Source: Felis catus (Eukaryota). Taken from it: DNA of 64,000 bases. Of the stretch, positions 52,042 to 64,000 are shown piece by piece. Under the pieces are notes generated by a model. The model ran no database searches and was not told the origin of the DNA. It was given only the letters and a program-made list of their open reading frames with translations. How positions within the stretch are numbered: the first letter of the stretch is position 1; every line of letters begins with the position of its first letter. The DNA lies in contig NC_058376.1 in NCBI RefSeq assembly GCF_018350175.1, positions 32,798,001 through 32,862,000 of the forward strand, given 5' to 3'. The translations under genes and the position numbers were made by a program.

Positions 52042-52580
52042 GAGGAAGGCAGATTTGACCAGATACACGGATTTCAAAGTATTAAAGGGAAATACTTAGC
52101 CGTTTGAGCCTCCTAAAAGAAGGATAAGGTTGGGAGATGTCTGAGCTGAGTCCTGTGACACTGGAGGCATGAGCTAGGTTTTTCTGGGTAGAATATTAGA
52201 ATAGATGAAGCCCTAGAAGTAAGAAACATGAAGCAGGGTTTGAAGGATCTCACTAAGGTACTGTGATTGAAGTTTGGACTGAAGGAAAGAGTCGGAGGCT
52301 TGGATGTAGATTTAAACATGAACCAGATTATAGAGGACATTGTAAGCCACGCTGTGGATTGTAAATTTTATCACCAAGGTTCTGGGAAGCCATTAGGTAT
52401 TTTTAAATAGGGAAGTAACTTAGTCAGATTTGTAGTCTTAGAAGACTACCCATGACATTGTTGGAGAATGGGCTAAAGTTAAACGAGACGGGTGGCAGGT
52501 TGCTGCAAATTCCAAATAAAAAACGATGAAAGAATAAAGCAAATGAATGTCACTGTGGATGAAGAGATTTGGATAGATAA
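52042..52580 (-). mobile_element. L2 fragment (continues on the left of the L1 at about 51735-51815)
   Basis: ccagattatagaggacattgtaagccac...tgggaagccattag...tttaaatagggaagtaacttagtcagattt, antisense L2. Confidence 0.65.
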
Positions 52581-54846
52581 CCATTACGTTCAACAATTGC
52601 AAGACGAAGACAGCAGTGAGATCACATAACACAAATGGCTGGCTTTATAAGAATTAGATCTAAAACACCTGAGGTGAGAAGGAAGGGGGAGAGGAGAGAG
52701 AGCGAGCAGAGATGATTTCTATCATTTTAGGGTTCTTGATCTCCCGAGGACAAACGTCATTTCTATATGATTAGAATTAATAACCCCTAGGTGACAACTG
52801 GCTATACTTCTTAACTTCCCAATCTAAACCTTTATACATGTGGCCTCCATAGATAAACTCAGCAATTAATCTTTATCCTTTGACAAATGGCTGCTTCTTG
52901 TCAGGTGGTTCAACAGCAAAGGTCAGAGGCCACAATGTTCTATCTGAATATGCTCTATGAACTGTGCCATGCACTATTGTCATAAGATATCACTTAACTA
53001 TAAATAAAACCTACTTTGGCCACTTGGTTTTTCCTAAAATCATCCCCATCTTTAATATAGCAAACTTTCCACATACACACATGTGTACACACATGCATAA
53101 AAAGAAAAAGTATAAAAAAGAAGAAGAAGAAGAAAACAGAACTGAAATAACAGAACACACAAAGATTTGAGTATTGACTGTTATTTCTTTGTACGTATTG
53201 TTTAAAAACCATCTGGCAAAGGGTATTATAACCTTTTCTTTCTCCTGACGTTCAAGTGAGATTTAAGTTGAAATATGTCCAAGAAAACAAATTTAAGACT
53301 AGATGAATGCTTTTCTGAGTTGAGAGAGGCATATATTCAAAGACTGCTCACTTTAAACAGTAATAAGATGCAACCAAAATAGTTATTCAATCAAAACAAC
53401 AATATGCTGTTTCATTGAGCCTAGGGCTCAATAGGCAATATTACTGTACTGTATAGTGTATATAGTATCACTAAATAGGTTTTTAACTTCCAAATATTTT
53501 TCTCATTGGTTTTTTTCAATATAATGTGATAAACACCTCCAGATTTTCATCGAACTTTTCATACTAACACAAGGTAATTTTCAATCCTAAGAGGACACCA
53601 AACAAAAAATCAAGCCTCCAGTGGATTTTGCTCTTGTAATATTCCCCAAGTGGTTTATTTTGATACAAATATTTGAAGCAATTTGGTGACAAAATAGACT
53701 TCGACATATTTGAAGAAATTCAGTTTAAAAATAACAAAGTTTTAAAAGTGCTTGAGATTGGATTCCTAGTACCCAATTTATTTCATCAGAATGTAGTGTC
53801 TAGTGTTTCTTACACTTTCTCCTGGGAATACATATATCGCTAGCGTGACCTATGCTTAAATGTACAAGTGCGACCATCTTTGAACAAAAACACTGTGACG
53901 GGGCATTTTATATTCTTTACCTTTTAGTATTGCTCGTTTTGTTCTGTAAGTCCCTTCTACTTGTAGTACACAAACCTGATCTGAGAAAGCATCCAATAAG
54001 GTCAATAAAATTGGCACCACAGAGGAATTCTGTGCATAATTAAATTGTGGTTTCTAAAGAAAATGGACAAACTTCAACCATAAATGGGGTGATGTGATCA
54101 GAAATACCTCCAAAGAGCAAGTCCATTTATATATGCCTATTGCTTTGCTTTTTCTTCAGCGTTTATTGCTCATATCTTTGTTACTAGTTATTTATTCTTT
54201 TGGCATTGAAAGGTCATTTTGGTGATAAGTGTGCTCAAGCCACATGGATTTTTACTATCTTCATTCCAAAAAAAAAAAATAGCTATGCTTGGCACAGACT
54301 CTAAATATAATGTAAATTAAGGAACAGTGGGAAAAAACATCAGTAGTCATCAGTAATAATCTGTTAAAATATCCAATAAGAAGAAAATTATTTGTTTACA
54401 GTTTGGAGCCTTATTATGGAATAGAAAGATTCACTGTGGAAAATTAATTCATTTTGTTCATCTTATAGAATCACTTAAATTTCATCTATTGGACAGTATA
54501 TCAGGGAGCCAAATCTGAACATTTTTACATATAAACTTCTCACGTCAAAGTAAAACATAGGAATTAAGCTTACATTTAATTTTTTTGTGAAAAACTAGAA
54601 CTTAACATGATTTAATAACATTTATTATTCTTTCCTGCTATAAGTATTAGTTGGAATATTAATATTTTAGTTATAAAATGCAGAACAAATGAAATTATTT
54701 TGATATGAGAAATTGTTTTCAAGCAATATTTACTTTATGTAAATTTATTCTATAATACGGATTTAGGGAATTACTACTGAATTTTGAAATCTATATAGTG
54801 GTATGTCATTCTACTGATGAATGGTGACATAGAAAACAAATAATGA

Positions 54847-55059
54847 GGGGCACCTGGGTGGCTCAGTCGGTTAAGCGTCCGACTTCAGCTCAGGTCATGA
54901 TCTCACAGTCCGTGAGTTCGAGCCCCGAGTTGGGCTCTGTGCTGACAGCTCAGAGCCTGGAGCCTGCTTCAGATTCTGTGTCTCCCTCTCTCTCTGACCC
55001 TCCCCTGTTTATGCTCTCTCTCTGTGTCTCAAAAATACAAATAAACATTAAAAAAAATT
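54847..55059 (+). mobile_element. CanSINE (felid)
   Basis: TSD aaacaaataatga at 54834-54846 and 55060-55072. Confidence 0.97.
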
Positions 55060-56699
55060 AAACAAATAATGAAAGGTGGAGAACAGCTTCCAGAGACAAT
55101 TCCACAGTAAACATCCCTGTTTAAATGGAATATCATTACAATATGTAATTAGCAATTTCAGGTTGAACCAAAAGGAATAAAGTGAAATCGAAAATATCAC
55201 AGTTTTTCCTGCATGCGTTTATGTATAAAGGGATACTTTTAGCAGAACTCTGAGGTTTTTGTGGTGAACTGATTTTGCCAAATTTCCATTTACTACCAAA
55301 TGTGTAGCCCTGCTGTGGGACAGACCAAAGCATGTAGACTTTCAGTATCAAGCATGGTTCACTGCGCTGTACGATCCTGTCCCTATTTCCGGAAACAGTA
55401 ATCATATGTCATTCTGTGATCTACCGCTATGCTCTGCTACTGGTCTCATAAATAAAGTTGAGAGGTCATTTCCACCATAAATTTCTGTTTGTCAGAAATT
55501 TTCAGTCAAAGGAAAGTATGTAATGGAGTACGGAAGGCCAAAGTCAAACATAAATTTATCACCAAGGTGATATTCTATATATTTAGTGCTGACCAATTTA
55601 ACTGCAAAATGGCAAAGATTGTATCAAAATTATTTGTTATAATTTTGTGAATTTATATTACACGCTTTTACAGGGCACACATTAAGATGCCTTTGCAAGA
55701 AAGCTTTAAATCTTCTTTTGGAAAGAAATGGGTTTCATGTAAGAGAACAAATGCATTAAAAATGCATTGTTGGAGATTTGATAACACTGACAAATTAGTA
55801 AGCTACCTGAAACTGTCATGTTTTTACATTTTGCAGTTAAATAAATTTATCAAGTGATATTAGTTTCGGATATAGAAAAAGAACATCTTGATAATGTTTC
55901 CAATTGTCTATGGGGCGGAATTCATATGCTTACCTGGTATAAATTTCCTTCAAGCGCTTGAGTAAATTCTTAGTAATGGTGAAAAAGAAGCAGTCAAGTA
56001 AAATGCTAGCACACAAATTTCAATTCGAGTTGCTAAAAAGAACCATCAGGTGCATATGAACTTATTTAAGCCCCATTAATACTTATTTTATATGAATGGC
56101 AATCGAAATGAATTCCTATAGATAACTGTGAACTTTAATCATGGAGATGGCATCAAATAAAAAAAAAATAATTGCATTAATTAGTTAATAGAATACCATC
56201 TGCATTTTAGAGGGTCACAATCAAAATATGTAACTTAATGAGGTTAGTTCATTCAACTTAGATCGTAATGCTGCCTACTCCAACTTAAGTCTGATGGAGA
56301 ATGACATACTGTGTATCTCAGTAAACTTTAATGACTAACATTTGGGAAAATTTTTAACAAATAAATAGGAAAGCCGGAGAAATTATAGTTTGTATTAATT
56401 TTTAAGCTCGTCCTTATCTGTTTTACTAATAAAACTAACCTAGTAAGTATATTTGTCACATATGGATTTCTTGATGCAATACAAGAAAAAATATTTAAAC
56501 AGACTGGCAATGATCTGGAAAGTCTATACCACAAAATATCATCAAAGGGGGACTATTTCGTCTTGATTTAAATAAATACTTAAATGGCACAACACTTGGA
56601 AAAGGATACTGCATTTATATTTGTTGTTTCTTCATGGAACATTGTCATAGGCAATGATACAAACATAGTCAATCCAGGAGTGTTTAAAAAGGAAAATAA

Positions 56700-57155
56700 G
56701 GGGCGCCTGGGTGGCGCAGTCGGTTAAGCGTCCGACTTCAGCCAGGTCACGATCTCGCGGTCCGGGAGTTCGAGCCCCGCGTCAGGCTCTGGGCTGATGG
56801 CTCGGAGCCTGGAGCCTGTTTCCGATTCTGTGTCTCCCTCTCTCTCTGCCCCTCCCCCGTTCATGCTCTGTCTCTCTCTGCCCCAAAAATAAATAAAAAA
56901 CGTTGATGGGGCGCCTGGGTGGCTCAGTCGGTTGAGCGTCCGACTTCAGCCAGGTCACGATCTCGCGGTCCGTGAGTTCGAGCCCCGCGTCGGGCTCTGG
57001 GCTGATGGCTCAGAGCCTGGAGCCTGTTTCTGATTCTGTGTCTCCCTCTCTCTCTGCCCCTCCCCCGTTCATGCTCTGTCTCTCTCTGTCCCAAAAAAAA
57101 TAAATAAACGTTGAAAAAAAAATTAAAAAAAAAAACGTTGAAAAAAATTAAAAAT
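56700..57155 (+). mobile_element. Young felid CanSINE (outer element of a nested pair)
   Basis: Body 56700-56906, tail resumes at 57142-57155; TSD aaaaggaaaataa at 56687-56699 and 57156-57168. Confidence 0.96.
56908..57129 (+). mobile_element. Young felid CanSINE inserted into the tail of the previous one
   Basis: TSD aaaaaacgttga at 56895-56906 and 57130-57141. Confidence 0.95.
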
Positions 57156-57640
57156 AAAAGGAAAATAAAACAGTGATATGCACAATTTATTAGGGCCCTC
57201 TCAAATGTAAATGGTTATTCATTTTACTCAGTGGAAACTGAAATACACTGTTTTTGGTGTCTATTCACACATGGCTAATATCCACACATCCTTTCTAGTA
57301 TTATTAACTTAGTCCATTATCCAAAATATTCCAGCCAATACTGTCAATTTATATGCTTTTTTATCACTAATTTGTCAGGTCTGAATATTGAAAAGAAATT
57401 AACCTTGCCCATATGATATTTCTTGCAAACACAAGCATCACTGAATGATATGATACCTGTTATCCTTGCCACTTTAAAATATATTGACCAACTAAAATGG
57501 CTATTTTGATTCTGCCTTGATTTAAATACTTTTCATTAAGTCCAGGAACTTATAACTTCTTGAGCAACTAGGGGAAAGGCACTTATTAAACTTCCTTCCA
57601 ATATGTTTCATTTAGGATTTTCAAATTAAGAAACTGACCA

Positions 57641-57858
57641 GGGGTCCCTGGGTGGCTCATTGGGTTGGGCATCTGACTTAGTCTCAGGTCATGATCTCAC
57701 AGCTCGTGAGCTCGAGCCCCACATCAGGCTCTGTGCTTACATCTCTGAGCCTGCAGCCTGCTTCAGATTCTGTGTGTCCCTCCCTCTCTGCCTTTCCCCT
57801 GCTCACAGTTTGTCTCTCTCTCCTTCAAAAATAAATAAATATTTAAAAAATTTAAAAA
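57641..57858 (+). mobile_element. CanSINE
   Basis: TSD aagaaactga(c/t)ca at 57628-57640 and 57859-57871. Confidence 0.95.
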
Positions 57859-59003
57859 AAGAAACTGATCAAATATTTCTTCCTAGAATATTAGGCTTTT
57901 TATCCATACCATTCTGATTAAATATATTTAAAAAATTAAGTGGTCCATGATAAAACTAAAGTATTCTTTGGTAAATGTAAAGGCTGGTGCAGTGAACATA
58001 AGGCTCATTCCTTATATTATGAAGTTATCAGCAATCCCATCTCTCTTTATACATACACTTTGAAAAGTAGATCAACTCAGATGGTTTTGTTACTGTTTTA
58101 TAAAGGAAAACAGCAAATCTATAGTTAAACGAAAAGATAAAATACGTAAATAACTTATGGATTAAAAATTAATGCAAATATAAACCATTTTGTAGGGAAC
58201 AATGCTTGTCAATCACCAAAGTAGAGGCCAACTAAATGGTATACTTATGTAGGAGCAAAAGGAAAATTGATTTGAATGTCTTAATGGACCATGACCAAAT
58301 CATCTCTCTCCATGTTCAAGTATTCAAAAATTAAAAACTGAAAAAGCTGAATTTGGTGATTGTTGATGCTTGAACTTCAATTTCAGCCTTGACTAATCCA
58401 TAAAGTTTTTTCCTTCTACTTCCTACATAAAAAAAAAAAAAAATCTGGCTGATTAAATAATTTTTTCTAATCTTGACTCCTGCTTTTTCTTTCTTATCAT
58501 TGACTAAATATGGGGTCTATGAATCAATCTCTCTTCTTCCTAAAATTACAGGCAAAATTTTATATGTTTATGCCTGCATACCTTTTGCTCTGGGAGAAAA
58601 AAAAAAAACATAGTTTCTAGAATTTATGCAGAATAACCCTCTTCCCAAAAGGTTAAATCCCATTTGGTTAAAATTTCTTGTCACGTTACAGTGAAAAAGT
58701 AAACTCTAAATAATCCCAAATAGGGAATTACTTTTTAGGTAAAATTGTTATGAATATAGTATGTTATATTAATATTACTTTACAATCTACTTATATTTTT
58801 GTTACACTTTTCTTTTTATAATATATTTAATTCTTGGGACAATATAACTCACTAAGAAGAGAGAGATGAACCTCATGCATAGCTATAGTCTCTTTTAGGA
58901 GAATGTAGTACCATATTTTAAATCTGTGTTCAGTAGGTTTGTGTTTGCTGATGCCAACTCTTATCCTCTTTATTAACTAGGGTATACTCTTCAACACTTC
59001 CTT

Positions 59004-59012
59004 AGACAGACA

Positions 59013-59044
<32 letters not shown>
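59004..59044. repeat. (AGAC)n(AC)n microsatellite
   Basis: Read directly. Confidence 0.95.
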
Positions 59045-59047
<3 letters not shown>

Positions 59048-62000
59048 ATTTTGAAAGAAGAAATCCATGTTGGATCAGTTGGGCAATCTTTTGGTCGTAA
59101 GTTTTAATCATATAACTTGTTTGGACTATTTGTTTAGCCAAAGTCCTGAAAACCTTTAAACATATTGATTCCCTTTGCTGACAATTTATTAAAGGGTCAT
59201 TCCTTCAAACTAATGAAGCTAATGCTGAGCCAAAAGCATTTTTATTAAAACTAGGGACTCACGTAAATTGAGAAAGGATGAAACTCAAGCTAGTAAATAC
59301 AAAAGCAGTATTAATAGCTTTTTATATTTATGCTGACAAAGTGATTAAACCGTTAAAATTCTCATAGTATAATAATTTAATCCACACTATAGTCCTTAGT
59401 CATATTTTTCTTCCATTTAAAATTATTTTCTTAATTATCCACAGTGAATTCACAGTTGCTGTATTATCTCTTAAGTCATTTACATGTGCATGTTTCAGTT
59501 TACAAGTTCAATATTTTGCCCAACGCTGAGGACATTGATAAGCCAGTTCAATTAAAAATGAAATACGTCAATGCAATCAGTGAAAGAACTGGTAAATATT
59601 AATAGGATCAAACAAACTCACCTGAATGATCTTACAGACTTCCTGAAGCTTTGGCTCACCAGATTTTTCTGAGGAAAGTTGAAAGCTAAGAAAGCAGTCA
59701 AAAAATGATGGCAAGCACATATCTCTACTGCGTAACTGTGTAAGCAGACTCAGTGTTTAAACAGATGAGCAATTCTCTATTACCTCTAGGAAACTGAATT
59801 ACTGAAGTGTATGTGTGCACACACACACCAGTGAGAGTGAAACTGATTGAAAATTACAGATAATAGGATTAGGATCATAATAACAAAAACTATTTTCTAC
59901 CGCAGTTATTTTTATGCCCATACTTAGCTTCCCAAGAGAAAAAGTTTCCATTTTTCGATCAGAATCATGATACTAACAAACTGTGGATTAGTAGAAGCAC
60001 TCACATCATCAAATATTGATTGTCATAACAGGCATCAGAAAAGCAAATGTTGAAACTGACTGACAACTGAAGCATGGATAAGAGAATGTGACTAAGAGAG
60101 AGAGAGAGAGATCAGAGCATCTGTGTATAAGACTAAAGAGAAATAAGGAAAGAAAATCTCATAAAAGTAAATTAATATATAAAAATGGTAAAAATGGCAT
60201 AAAAATGTGATAGTGGAAAGCTAAAATGCATAGCATTTGCATCACATACTGCTTTTAATTAAGGAAATATGATTACATATAACAATAAAATAATTATAGT
60301 CAGAATCAACAACTATTTTATGTTAATTTATGAAACTCCTTAATATAAAATATTAGTTTATACTTGGATTCTAAAATTACACTAATAATTAATTCACACT
60401 GCCCTTTGAAAACAGAATAAAGTGATTCATCTTTAGAATAATTTGAATCAAGGAAAACTTAGATGTGATTATTGTCATGGAAAACCATAATGAGTTACTT
60501 CTCTGGCCTTGAATAGGACTGAGTGATAACTGTCAGTGGCATTTCTATCTATAAATTCAAGAGGATTATAATAGTGCTGAAATAAAATCATTCAAGCAGA
60601 GTCTTGTTTCACAAACAGTACCACAAGCTGAGGAGTCATATCACATGTATATTATTGTTATGTCTGCAGTGCTGGGTGATAACGATTTTGACTGTAATTC
60701 ATGGCGTGTTTTAGGATGTAGAAGCAATAAAATATTGATCATCAGCATGTCCAGCCATTATTCAGAAGATTAGATCAATTTATGAGACGCAATAACCTGT
60801 AAACGAGTGACCTTCCAAAGGCTAAAAGTAATTCCAGGGTAAAATCATCGTGTATCTAAGGCTCCAGATGAAACCTAAGTTACTAAAAGTCAGATGTTAA
60901 AATAAAATATAGTTTTGAGCTCAAATCATGTAATAGTTTTGGGGGCCATTACACCATAAATATGATATTAAATATATTGCCAGTTTTTGATAGTATGTAT
61001 AGGAAGTAAAAGTTTATAGAATTTTTTGATGATATAAACACGTTTTTAAACTCAAAGGCGAAAACAAAAGTAACAAAGTAAAAATTTAAATACGCCATTT
61101 AGCGTGATTCAGATTCAACCAGTGAACTTACAAAGGAAAGAAGTTTTCTAAAAATACAAAAATTAAGGAAACAGTTGATTAAAAACATATATTACTATTT
61201 CACTGTTTGCGAAAATAAAAAGGATGGTATTTAATTTTTTGGGAAATAAAGTGATATAAATGCTCCCTACATATTTTGATTCAGTGTAGATTTCAGTTTG
61301 AATTGGTTCATTACACACTTGACTATCTTAAATTATAATTAATACACATGTCTATGTGATATATGTTCAGGGAATTAACCCTCAGGAGAAGAGGTCAATT
61401 TAAATTCAGGCCTGTATGATATCTACAGACGGACAATTCATTGTATATTCTGGAAAATTATAAAGAGTATTTTTCTAGGCTTTCTAAATGTAACAGACTT
61501 TTCTGAGACTTAGTATTACTAACAGAGATTAAATGTCTCAATACAATTTGCAAATCAAAGAAAAAAATTAGGTGGAATTAAAGAAACACATTTTATCATG
61601 GAAGTAAAATTATAAAATAAAACATGCTACTCTCATTTTAGAACCATTTTTAAAGAAAGAGAAAATAATTTACAAAATTGTTAATACCACACAATAGAAC
61701 ATTAAAAAGCTGTGTTTAAAGAAATTAGGTGATACCTTAAAAAAAAGGCTAAATATGCAATATTCTGTGAAAAAATCTTATTGTCTGACAGTATGTGCAT
61801 TTATAAATATAACACAACCCTTTTCTGATTAGATGAAACATCTTAATTTGATGAATATAATTATAAATAATGAAGTAAATATTCATGACATATAATTCTA
61901 GCAATGTTAAGTTATAGCTGTATGATACATATCTCAACACTGCTATGGTTGAACTAAGGAGACTAAGAAAATATATGATTAGGTAAGGAAAATGTATCTG

Positions 62001-62049
62001 ACAAAAATGTATTACCCACGTATAAAATTTGAGCTAAAACGATGCTGGT

Positions 62050-62230
62050 TTTTTTTTTTTTAAGTTTACTTATTTATTTTGAGAGAGAGAGAGAGAGAAA
62101 GGGAGAGAATGAGCAGGGGATGGGCAGAGAGAGAGGGAGAGGAAAAGAAAGAGAGGGGAGAATCCCAAGCAGGCTTCATGTTCCACGCTGAGCCCAACAT
62201 GGCACTCAATCCTATGACTGTGAGATCACG
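62050..62230 (-). mobile_element. 5'-truncated CanSINE
   Basis: Tail, (GA)n and body run up to tgagatcacg and stop; TSD tgctggt at 62043-62049 and 62231-62237. Confidence 0.9.
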
Positions 62231-62649
62231 TGCTGGTCTTCTTTCTAAAGCTAAGTTATGACACAGCATCAATGGGAAAATAGTGGTATTATGAAATGAC
62301 AAAATTCAATTTAAATCAATCATAAGTATTTATAGCATGTATATATGATATCCTCAATTGTGATACCCATTTTCAAGCTAAAGAAGTAGTAAAACAAGGG
62401 TAAAAGTTAGAAACACAAAAGTAGGTTTTTAAGCAAGAAAAATATGGAAAGGCCAAATCAAGAAAATTAGTTAAAACATAAAACATAATTTTTTTTTTCC
62501 TGGAAAGAAAGAGATTGATTTGATTCAGTGAGTATTTAGTCTTTCAACTTTTCTAATGTAGTGTTCAGACCATTTCCAGTCCTGCCTGTAATTATACGCA
62601 TCAAACAAGATCGGGAAGATGTGTTACTTACATTCAGTAAGGTGGCAGA

Positions 62650-62830
62650 ATAGACTCACATGGTGTGGGCTGTATAATCATGACTTTTGAAGTCAGATAA
62701 CCCAAAGTGGGTTCAAATTCTGTTCTGTTAAGGTTAAGTTGGAAATAGTAATTCTTTTCTCACAAAGATTTCTCATGGATGAAGTGAGATCAGTGCAGAA
62801 AAGAACAAATAGTAAGTGCTCAATGAATGC
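62650..62830 (+). mobile_element. MIR fragment
   Basis: gacttttgaagtcaga...gggttcaaattctgttctg...ggatgaagtgagat...atagtaagtgctcaatgaatgcta. Confidence 0.65.
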
Positions 62831-63592
62831 TATCCATTGATGGTAAATGTATTATTTCTTACCCAGAAATTAAAGACACGGTAAAGTAGATATACTACAA
62901 TCTTTAATTATATTATCAATTATTAAAATTTGTTTATAAAATTTGTCCTCAACTATCAATGGCTAAACATTGTAACAGTGAAGATAGATTGCTCATGCAA
63001 ATGTTCTTATGCAAAAATTCCACAAAGTTGTCTTTTAAATTATAAATGTGAAATTATTGATAGCGAAAAGAACATGATAAATTGCCAACACAATCAGCTT
63101 TAGCTTTCAGCTTTCGTTTGAAACAGACCTTTTTATTTCTGCAGACCTCCTGAAGAATCTGTTAGCTACTCAGTAAAATTTTCTCAAATCCTCAGTAAAT
63201 AATTGCCAAAATACTTCTTTTGGTCAATCAAAAACCTAACATTAATTAAACAGATATCTTACAGCAAATTCTTCTGAATAAAGACAACATGAAGAGCAAT
63301 ATATTGTCCAAATATGTTATAGAATTTGGCTTTGCTTAACTTATAGTGGGAAAAATGCATATATAGTAATATAATAGATATATAATAGAGAAATAAGGTG
63401 ATACGCACAATTATATGTTATATATGTTTACATATTATGTTACATGCTATTATATACATTTATAATTTTATATATATAAGTATATATATATTGTTATTGT
63501 ATGACTTGACTTCTCATGTAATATGATATATTCATATAAAATAATGACATTTCTAATAGTGCCAGACATTAGAGTCAATGTCTCATTATTTT

Positions 63593-63815
63593 GGGGCGCC
63601 TGGGTGGCGCAGTTGGTTAAGCGTCCGACTTCAGCCAGGTCACGATCTCGTGGTCTGTGAGTTCGAGCCCCGCGTCAGGCTCTGGGCTGATGGCTCAGTG
63701 CCTGGAGCCTGTTTCCGATTCTGTGTCTCCCTCTCTCTCTGCCCCTCCCCCGTTCATGCTCTGTCTCTCTCTGTCCCAAAAATAAATAAACGTTGAAAAA
63801 AAATTAAAAAAAAAA
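63593..63815 (+). mobile_element. Young felid CanSINE (SINEC_Fc type)
   Basis: TSD gtctcattatttt at 63580-63592 and 63816-63828. Confidence 0.98.
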
Positions 63816-64000
63816 GTCTCATTATTTTAATATAGCATTTTCTACATTTTAACTGAATTAATCACACTGATTCTACTGATTCTAACTTTCCAACTGATTC
63901 ATGCATTTAGATAGATTCTGTTTGTCCATGTTACTGTTTTCATGTTTTATGCACTAAACCTTTTCTTCAGCCTTTATTGAAATTTGATGACTCTAATCAT

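Noticed and set aside
56700-57129. CpG island or tRNA genes
   Set aside because: CpG density and A/B boxes are confined to young tRNA-derived SINE bodies with (CT)n, A tails and TSDs.
15358-59668. A multi-exon coding gene on the - strand built from 59622-59668, 35044-35078 and 15358-15423
   Set aside because: The phase combinations I tried all hit stop codons, and I recognise none of the peptides.

Overview
This window is AT-rich, CpG-depleted mammalian non-coding DNA from a cat-family (Felidae) genome. The assignment rests on about 28 carnivore tRNA-derived CanSINEs, six of them near-identical young copies of the felid SINEC_Fc type with intact target-site duplications (TSDs). Other recognisable content includes 3' fragments of carnivore and older L1s, ancient L2/MIR relics, several MaLR (MLT1) solo LTRs, the 3' part of an ERV-like LTR at the left edge, microsatellites, and two N gaps. 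I recognise no protein-coding gene, RNA gene or CpG island. The supplied ORFs are explained by SINEs, simple repeats, N runs or chance. The region reads as intergenic DNA or a very large intron. I did not find a previously undescribed biological system. The best leads are a divergent pair of strong CTCF motifs (5937-5955 and 8702-8720), nested or structurally atypical SINE insertions, a young SINE sub-lineage with a shared diagnostic base, a self-palindromic 25-bp minisatellite, N gaps whose lengths match the missing LTR sequence, and a few isolated exon-like segments. Repeat family names come from my recall of consensus motifs, not from a database search. Boundaries of old repeats are approximate.
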